64,000 nt of DNA from Marsupella aquatica (lineage: Eukaryota; Plantae; Marchantiophyta), in assembly GCA_973895155.1 (NCBI GenBank), contig OZ316895.1:9908184-9972183 (forward strand). The letters are read 5' to 3'. The number at the start of each line of letters is the position of its first letter. Within the stretch, counting starts at the first letter, position 1. Below, one piece after another: positions 54,620-64,000 of this stretch. The notes below the pieces were generated by a model. It was not told where the DNA came from. It ran no database searches and worked only from the letters and a program-made list of their open reading frames with translations. The translations under genes and the position numbers were made by a program.

Positions 54620-57020
54620 TCTTGATGAGCCCACTTAAGTATACTGACCAGGCCACCAGGGTAATTCCTAAGGTTTTTGTTTTTCACAAGGGTGGTCAAT
54701 GTCATCTTGTGTCTGTGAGAGAAAATTCTGAGAATATTCCTCATTTAACTTGTTTTTTGGCCGTTAGATGTTCCTTGATTTAAACATAACCATAGGATTC
54801 TGGCTAGTGGGATTTGTGGTGAGGTGAGAAGTTTGCTAGTGGAAGTCAGAAAGTAAGGCCAATTTTAGGTGAATGTGGAGAAGACTTTTCAGTGGGGTGG
54901 AATATTGCAGATTTTGACCATAAAAAAACTGTTTTTTACATTCTTGTCCCCCACACTAGTCAAAATCACTAAACCTAAGTCATTATCCCATTTTGTATGT
55001 CTGTAGGCTTAGTGAAACCAGGCTAACCTAGATAATTGGTCTAGGGACACATGGAAGCTCATAATTTTTGTCCAAGTTAACCACCTCTGACAGTAAAACT
55101 GGCGGAAACGAGTAGGACCAAAACATGTTAGTTTTTGCTCATAGATGATAGCCCAACACATTCGGTAAGTGTTGGACAGGGAAACTGGTCCACTGACTGT
55201 GAACATACTGTTGGAGGGGGTTAAAATAGATGGATCCTGAGCCTCCAGACATCCCTACACCAATCGCATGTCATCTTGGGTTAGTATAGTCAAGTTAAGC
55301 CAACCCATATACCAAATGCAGGCCAAGCTGTGAATTAAATTTAGTTCAGGGGGATAGGGTAGTAGATACAAAGCTTCTAAATGGTTGACACTGACCAACC
55401 ACATTTTGTGGGCTGAGTGTCGTAGCTCAGCCTATGTTTGATATGAGCCTACTTGGTTACACCCATCAACCATGTTAATTGGTTTTACGCTATAGCTCAG
55501 CCTATTGTAGATTACAGTCTACCATGTCTAAGTGCAAGCTCCTTGGAAGTTACCCCAAGTGTGCACTTATCCATGGTATGCTCGACCTGTTAAGTGCAGG
55601 AAGTTAAGTTCATGCACTTATGGTACGTGTATGATTACAGAACTGCAACATCTGCACTTGCACTTAGACCAAAAACTAGGGCTCAACCTGCTCTACCCTA
55701 GTCCCGACCTTCATGCTTCATGTTTTGCCATGTCAATCACTTGGAGTTTGGTGGTCATCATGGCAATCTGAAATTCTGATACGTGCATACAAGTACTCTG
55801 TGGAATTGTTGCAAGCATTTACTACTAAAAGCAAGAGATCAAGTGTAATCTCTGCAGTAACGTCTAATTAATTCATGTGTACACTTAGAGATGGAAATGC
55901 ACTTACATATCTGTAGTTTTGTGAAGGTCAAGATGCACTTGTGAAAAATGCATTTTTAGTGCATTTACAAACTAAAAATTTGTAGTCTTAGGGGACTACA
56001 GGCCTGAACTTATCTACTGAATGCGGTTATCCATGATGCACTTAGACACAGTTGCCTGTAGTTGTATGCGAGGTTGAATGTATGGGCCCACTTGGTACAC
56101 TGGTCAAGCTGGTTTTGCAGGCTTTGTCTTGTAGATCAGGCTATGGTAAAGTAGCAATGATTGAATATATGAGCTTACTTGGTACACTGACTAACCATAT
56201 TTAATTGGCTTAGATGCCATAGCGCGGCCATTGGTATAGTAAAACATGTGAGCATGCTTGGTACATTGATCAAACCATGTTTTGTGGACTCGGTGTTATA
56301 GCTTAGCTTATGGTGAAGTGCCAACTATTGATACGGTAGATATACCCAATATTTTAGGTGAACATTATAATATTGATCAGGTGTCACAGAAAATAAAAAA
56401 GATGTACAAATTTGCAGTAATATATTCTACATTATTATTTAAATAAACATGAAAATGGCCCAAAATGATTTTTGTGATGATAGTCTAATACATGAGCCTA
56501 CTTGGCACACTGACCAACGATATTTTGCTGGCTTGGTTTCATAACAGTGGAGTGCTCCGCACGACAGTAGTTGTTGCATGGGTGCTACACACCACCGAGG
56601 AAAGGGTGTTATCTGAGTAAACAATTAGTATCAAGACAATTCATGGGGTTGTAGGCCATGCATCCAGCGAGCATTTTTGTTGAATATTGTCAATTATGGG
56701 AGCTTCTGTTTCTGTCATTTAAATGCATCACCTACAAATAATGTTTCATATCTTGCTTGAGTGAGTTGTGTGAATTATTTATCATCAGTTCATGCAAGGG
56801 GCTATTTCTATATTATGTCTATCAGTAATAAGACAGGGTTGAGCCACATCATTCCCCCTATAGCTGGCTATTTTAGTCCCACGAGGGTTAACATATACTT
56901 CTAGGCAAAGCAGGTTGAAAACAACATGGTTGGTAAAGCACGGGTTGCCATGATATGATTCCAGCAAAAATAGATGTTTAGCAAGCTGAGCTTTGCTTGG
57001 TTACTCGATCATTGAAGGCA
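54620..57020. repeat. Dispersed degenerate repeats of about 70-85 bp
   Basis: ATGAGC(C/T)(T/C)ACTTGG.ACACTGA(C/T)CAACCA..TTT recurs near 54625, 55385, 55443, 56082, 56169, 56248 and 56492. Confidence 0.6.
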
Positions 57021-57129
57021 CTGACTAATCATAAGGGATGGATCCAATTGATTACAACTATTGTGCCAATCCAAAGGCACAGATTATGAGCTGTAAAACA
57101 TAATAGGGGCTAAGGGAGAGTAACATCTA

Positions 57130-58211
57130 CACTATTCACCATAATTAGTGTGACTAACACTAATCCGAGAGGGCCCATTTTCATGGTCTACTCGCGAATT
57201 AGTGTTAGTCACACTAATTTTGTGCTAACATTGTTTCCGCACACATGAATTAGTGTTACTATGGTCAAACGAGTGGAATTAATCCATGGACCCCCATGTT
57301 CATCCAAGGAATGTGTGTTTGATGAAGTGAAATTAATTTTCAACAAGGCGGTAATCGACGGGTTTGAGTCTCCCGATGGGCTTGGTGTGTGCTCGTACAA
57401 AAGAAAACGCCCAAAAGATAGAGGAGATTTATCAACGGAAGGTTGAATATGGAGGAATTGAGTTTTTGACGGTTTTTGCTTACACATTGGAGAAATAGTG
57501 TTTCTATCATTCATGATTGATCGTTTGTGAGTTACATTGAGCATTACCGCCACAAGACAGACTGGAGGACAACACTTAGCTATTGGCAAAAGAGCAATTG
57601 TCGATTCGGTGGGAAGAACACACAAAACAAACGAGTCATCGCTTCACATGAAGGATTTGTAGTTTTTTTATTTAAGAAAGCTATGGTGTGAGAGGGAGAC
57701 CAACGATTGTTTCTTTGACATAGAGGCTGCATTTGGCGTCAACCTGTGTTCAGAGTGAGCTAGCTTCAGTTGAAGACTAGAGGAATGCAAACAATTCAAG
57801 CCGGGAAGCAAGCATTGTGGACAAGGGATGGCGACATAATCAAAGAAATCAATTTTCAACGGCTAAGTTTGTGATGGTGATGAGATTGTGATATCTCTTA
57901 ATCCAGAAAGGGTTTCCAATGAGCCTGAGATTGACAAATTTTGTCAAGTTCCAAATGAGTTTTTGAATTTCTTTGCCTTTTCAATGAGTGAGTATAAGAA
58001 ATATTGATCATGAGTCCATGAATTCTTTTAGCTTTCCAACATTGAGTCCGACATTGACAAATTTTACGTCAGATTTTGTCACGATACTAAAGAGATCATG
58101 AGGTTTTCAATCTCTCTAGCTAGCTTTCTAATGTGTGACATTGAGATTATTCGTCAAGAATTAGAGAGATCATGAGTATCTGAATTTCTCTAGCTTTCCA
58201 ATGAACCTAAC
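57130..58211. mobile_element. Left arm of a longer element related to the 39746 MITE, cut by the second Copia
   Basis: TA|CACTATTCACC-ATAATTAGTGTGACTAACACTAAT terminus, an inverted AATTAGTGTTAGTCACACTAATT copy, and degenerate repeats (AGCTTTCCAA...ATTGACAAATTTT) at 57915-58205. The extent is uncertain. Confidence 0.5.
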
Positions 58212-61200
58212 TGTTGAGCATAGATGACAATCGCAACGGCAAGCCCATGAACCATCCAACGCACAAGAGTTGACACAGAGAGATATGTGGTTCACCTCCA
58301 CATGAGGCTACGTCCACGGGAACACACATGAGCTTTACTGCACTCTAGGCCGACCGGCCATACCAAGCATCCACAGCGCAAGCTCTCTCTATCTCTCAAC
58401 GAGCTCCGTAACAATGAGCCTGAGTTCCCCCTCTCCAAGCAAACACCGCTTGGTTATAGAGTGTGCACAGCATGATTAACCTAACCAAGTCTGCGACTAA
58501 GGTATAACTACGATATATTCGTAACTCTAGACCTAAGAGTAAATCCTAACAATCTTCCCCTTGACTCTGGTCTAGGGGAGGGTAAAGACTGCTACCAATA
58601 TGATTGCTCAGCAGGAAGTTCTAGAAAAAAAACCAAACCGGTTTTTCCCTCTTTATACGAGAGTAGACCAGAACTAAGCCGTAGCCTATACAAGGAATGA
58701 GCAAGAACATATCTCAGTATCTACACAAATGTTAAGTAACCCTACTTGTGAGGCAATTGCAAAACCTGCAACGCATCACGGTGTCTAGAAAAACTCTCCA
58801 AATGAATCTCTTTGGTAAAAGCGTCAGCCAGGTTGAGTTTACCGTCAATCTTGACTAGCTCAAACATATTATCAGACACAGCCTGCCTGATAAAATGGTA
58901 CCTGACGTCGATGTGCTTCACTCTGCTGTCCATCACCTGGTTCACAGCAAGGTGGAGTGCACTCTGACTATCACAATGGAGCTTCACATTCCCCTGTGGC
59001 AATCTCATCTCTGTGATAAGTCTATCCAACCAAATTGCTACCTTTGTTGCTTCCGCTGCTGCAACATACTCCGCTTCTGTAGTAGATTGAGCAATACACT
59101 TCTGCAAAGTAGACCTCCAACTTATGCATCAACCTCCAAGTGTGAACACATAACCTGTTGTTGACCTCCTCCGATCCAGATCCTGTGCATAGTCAGCATC
59201 TACATAGCCCATCAATGATCTAGCATTATCAGCATGTGCATCAAACAATAGACCATGATCCACGGTACCCTTCAAATACCAAATAATCCACTTCACTGCT
59301 TCCCAGTGTACCTTCCCTGGATTTGACATGTACCTGCTCACCTTGCCCATAGCCATGGCAAGATCAGGTCTAGTGCAAGTCATCAAATACATGAGACTCC
59401 CCACTGCCTTGTCATACGGAACCTTTGACATCAACCCCTTCTCTGTGTCATCCGTAGGACAGAAAGCTGATGACAACTTGAAGTGTGGAGCCAACGGGGT
59501 ACTTACTGGCTTGCTATCCCCCATGTTGAACCTTGCAATTACCTTCCTCACATAACTGCTTTGCGTCAACCATAGCTTATCAACCTTCAAGTCCCTAGGG
59601 ATCTCCATACCCAAAATTCTCTTAGTTGGCCCTAAGTCCTTCATCTTAAACTGTGCACTAAGCAGTGCCTTGAGCTTAACAATCTCAGACCTATCCTTGG
59701 CCGCAATAAGCATGTCATCCACATAAAGTACTAAAACAATGAACCCAAAAACAACATTCTTCATCGGTTTAAGATACACACATGGGTCAAACACACTCTT
59801 GTGAAAGCCTTGTGCACGGATCCAATCATCAAACCGCTTATTCCACTGTCTTGGTGACTGCTTCAACCCGTACAAGGATCTCAGCAATCTGCAAACCAAA
59901 TCCTCTTGCCCTTTCTTCACAAAACCTAGCGGTTGTCTCATGAAGATCACCTCTTCCAAGGTGCCATAGAGAAAAGCTGTGACAACATCCATCTGATCTA
60001 GCAACAGACCAAACACAACAACAAGCACACACAATAGCCGTATTGTTGAGTGTCACCTGCTTATCAAACGATTTACACGACAAATACCTATTTCCTCCTA
60101 CTAAAATTGTTTGTTATCGTATGACGAGAACGTGGAGGGATGCTATTTGGATTCTATTGCATGTAGGATGAGTATGTTTATTTCCGCTCCCGGAAATGTA
60201 ATTTTTGATCAAGTCTACCGATTAGCCTCTGTGCTTTTGATCAAGTCCCATGGACTACGCCACACACCCTTCTGCTGGTCGCTGGTGGAGTGCTGTCACC
60301 ACCCCTCCTACTCACATGGTTGACCAATCCGTGCAAGGATTCCTTAGACACTTCTTGGGGAAAGAACACAATCGTGAAACAGAAAAGATAACGTCACACC
60401 AAAACTTCAGGAATCAAACCAAATCCATATCTTTTGGTAAAAAAATCGTAACACATTGCAAGGACAACCCAGCCTCCTGCCATCTGCCCAACTTCTGCCT
60501 CACTGGGACAAGTGCTATACCTCTACCTCACTACTTTGGCTTGATTCCCTCCTCTGGCTATGAGATAACTTCCCTAAGCAAACACTAGACTGAGTTCCCC
60601 CCCTCCACTACTCCGGGGCTCTCCCCCTAAATACTGAAAAAAACACATCAAAGCACCCCTTACGGGGTCACAACAATGGCGGCTACCCTAGCGGTGCCAC
60701 AAAAAAATCTTCCAAGAGGAATCCCTAACCTAAAACATGCGGCACACACATGCTCCTAACACCCTAATCTAACTATGGGACTGTCGGTGCCTTTGACGAT
60801 CCCAATCACACTTGGTAGTCACGGGGAAGTGAGGGGGCCACTCAAGGTCAAAACCATCAACCATTTTGAACTACTCCCCTGAGGGGGGCCCTGGATAGCT
60901 CTGCTCCTCCTGATCACGAATCCGTAAACGGACTCCGGACAACCAAGTTACGGATGTTTGAATCCATAATACGCCCGAGCTCATAACTTCTTCATCCTGA
61001 CTCCGTTCTGGACGTGCCACACCTTGCCGGAATCAACTCCTTGAGCTCCTTCCAACAAGCCCGTGATTCCCCTCATCCAAGGTGTTGCATAATTTAAAAT
61101 CCGTATGACCAACGTCCGTACGCCTCACTAGTCTTCCCCTGACTCGCTCACGGAACCGAGACTCCACCCCCGTGAATCCTCACTGTCGGCGCCCTCTACT

Positions 61201-64000
61201 GATGTGGGTGTAACACCTACTATTCTCCTTGTCGGGGGAGTCCTTCCCGGGGCCTGGCCAGAGGCTCCCCGTCTCCTCAATGCCGCCAAAGCTTGTCAGG
61301 CCCTTACATAACCATGGCTGATCGTGTCCTTCCATAGAGCGGCCTCCTCCTTGCGCCTACTACCCCACTCGTGGGAGCTTTTACTCCTGCTTGCCTTCTC
61401 CTGCCTGGGCTCTCTACTCCCGGGGCTTGCTACTCTCGGGGCGGCCCTCCGTCTCGCGCCTGCTGCCTCCCAACTTGCGGGCACGCAACCTTACGTTGGG
61501 CCCTCCACCTGGCGCCCCATGGCTTGCGGGCTCCTCCTCCCCGATTGACTCCACCTGGCGCCCCACGGCTCGCGGGCTCCTCCTCCCCGGCTGACTCCAC
61601 CATATTACACCGGGGCCAAGAAAAATTGTCGGGGTCTCCAAATATTAATTGGTGGTATCCCCTTAAGATGCCTAATTTTCTTCTCCCACAACGACAAGAC
61701 CCAAGAGAGAAAAGGGTTAATTAAAAAAATAGTTCTTCCCGGGTTCAAATAGCTTCGGCCCTCCAGAGCAACACGAACACACACCGGGATGATTAACTTT
61801 TAAGAAATTAAAAAAATTGAAAAACTCTTGTGTATATTGGCTTATTTATTTACATGCATCTTGCCAATAACACCTAATGGTGACTTTTCAAGATGGGGAC
61901 CCCGTCACATTGAGTACTTAGCAACTGGTGAGAATATCTCATTATAATCCACACCTTTTTCCTGTGTGAATCCCTTGGCTACCAACCTAGCCTTGTAGAC
62001 CTTCGATCCACCTCCTATGGACTGATCCTTTAGCTTGTATATCCAGTTGTTGTCCACCACTTGCTGTCCCTTAGGCAGCTTGACAAGCTCTCAAGTTTTG
62101 TTGTCCTTCAGTGACTGCATTTCCGTTTGCATTGCTACAACCCACTCTTGCTTCTCGTTTGAAGCACTTGCTTCATGAAATGAAGAAGGTTCCCCTTCTT
62201 CCAAAATCAACGCGTCACCCTCATCATCAGTAACAAAGTCCTCCTCTTGCAATTGAGATGAATCAACCCACTGTCCATACCTTGGTGGAGCGCGTACAGT
62301 GCGACCAGATGCTCTTCTAGCCGATGACTTCGGTTGATCTGCGTGTGCTGGTACAATTTGAAGCTCAGCAGCATCCATTTGCTGCTCACCAACATCAACA
62401 AACTCCTCTGGTTCCTCTGGCACAGAAACCAACTCCATAATTGGAGCAACTCCTTCTCTCCGGTCATGCACCTCATGACCAATCTCCCCCTCAACGAGAT
62501 CCGGGATAGGAGATTTTCCTTTGTCAGTACGGGAGACCTGAGTATTCTCCCCCTCCTTCAATAATCTGGATTCATTGAAGGAAACATCCCTACTGACAAC
62601 GAGCTTATAGGCAATAGGATCCCATAGCCTATAGGCTTTCACACCACTCTGGCACCCAAGAAAAACACATTTATTGGAGGTAGGATCCAACTTGGTCCTA
62701 TTCTGCTTTGGTGTGAGAGCATATGCATCACTTCCAAAAACTACCAAGCCATGATAGTCTGCTTGCCGCTTATAGCGCATCTCAAACGGCGTTTTGAAAT
62801 TGATAGCACTAGAAGGAGAAAGATTTACCAAATAAGTTGCGATATTGACAACTTCTGCCCAAAATTCTTGTGGTAAACCTGATTGGCTCAACATACTTCG
62901 TGACCGCTCCAATAGTGTCCGATTGAGCCTCTCAGCGACACCATTCTGCTGCGGAGTATAAACTATGGTGAGATGGCAAATTATCCCCTGTTCTGAACAG
63001 TACTTTTCAAATTCCACTGAAGTGTACTCCCCGCCGTTCTCTGACCTCAAACTCTTCACCCTTGTATCCAAACACTTGACCGTGTTTCCAGTCTGATTCT
63101 CCATCTGGGTCTTCCACTTCTTAAAAATGGACAAGACATCAGACTTATGCGTCATGAAATAAATCCACACAAATCTTGAGTAATCGTCAATAAATGATAC
63201 ATAGTACAACTTTCCAGAGTATGAGGGAGTCGGGGATGGACCCCACACGTCACTATGTATATACTCAAGAACCGCTTTGGAACGATAAGTTCCAACACCA
63301 AAAGCACGACGATGCTGCTTTCCAAGAATGCAATGCTCACAAAACTTTAATTTACAAGATTGCAAATCAGAAATGAGCCCATTCTTCCGTAAGATAGCCA
63401 AACCCTTCTCACTCATGTGGCCTAGCCGTGAATGCCATAGTTAAGTCATCTCCCCGTGAGATTTGGTTACATTGGCCTCTCCACATACAGTATTGTCCTG
63501 TAACACATACAAATTCTTTTGTCTGCTCCCCTTCAAAATCACTGTCTCTCCCGACTTGACTTGAAGTTCATCATCAATAACGCTCCATTGATGACCATTT
63601 GAATCCAACACACCAAGTGAAATCAGATTCTTACGCATGTTAGGTACATACCTGACTCCGGACACTGTGCGTACAATGCCATCAAACATTTGAATCTTCA
63701 GAGACCCAATTCCCTCAATTTGACAGGAGTGATCATTTCCCATCAGAACTGAAAAACTCACGAATGTAACAAATATGAAAAGAGCAAGCACAATCAAGAA
63801 TCCATACATCATCTGCTCTCCTAGATGACGTGCACAGGGCATACTCCCGGCTTCATAAAACATACTCATCATTGAGTAAATCAGCTTCTCCATTAGCCCT
63901 AGCCACATTTGCCGATGAAGTTTTCGTTGCCTTTCCTTTACAGTCTCGCTTGAAGTGTCCAACTTGGTTGCACTTCCAACATGTCACCTACCTCCTTTGA
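58212..64000 (-). mobile_element. Second Ty1/Copia element of the same family; runs off the window and is interrupted in RT
   Basis: 3' LTR 58212-58551 (340 bp, TG...CA), PPT, RH/RT 58742-60050, RT/INT/PR 61910-63852, end of gag from 63853. Closely similar to the 27863 element. Confidence 0.96.
60051..61909. mobile_element. Solo LTR (1859 bp, probably Gypsy) inserted in the Copia RT
   Basis: TGTCAC...GTCACA termini, perfect TSD TTGAG (60046-60050 and 61910-61914). The RT sequence resumes exactly, by comparison with the first Copia. Confidence 0.9.

Overview
Eukaryotic nuclear DNA from a land plant, probably a non-seed plant (inferred from gene and TE content; the species cannot be determined). 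Four intron-containing host genes can be assembled from GT-AG junctions: a 5'-truncated DEAD-box RNA helicase (+), the mitochondrial ATP synthase epsilon subunit (+), a HAK5-like KT/HAK/KUP K+ transporter (-) and a SUVR5-like zinc-finger/SET histone methyltransferase (-). The intergenic DNA is rich in TEs. A decayed PIF/Harbinger element carries an LTR-like insert, which in turn carries a young full-length Tnt1-like Copia. A second Copia of the same family is interrupted by a 1.86-kb solo LTR. There are also a Copia solo LTR, two Helitron 3' ends flanking SUVR5, two MITEs, a CRE/R2-type (RLE) non-LTR relic and several minisatellites. The most notable observation is a single in-frame TGA separating gag from pol at the same position in both Copia copies, followed by a conserved hairpin and overlapped by a potential in-frame 45-nt GT-AG intron: a candidate readthrough or splicing switch that is unusual for plant Copia. 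All calls come from reading the sequence by eye; no database searches were run.
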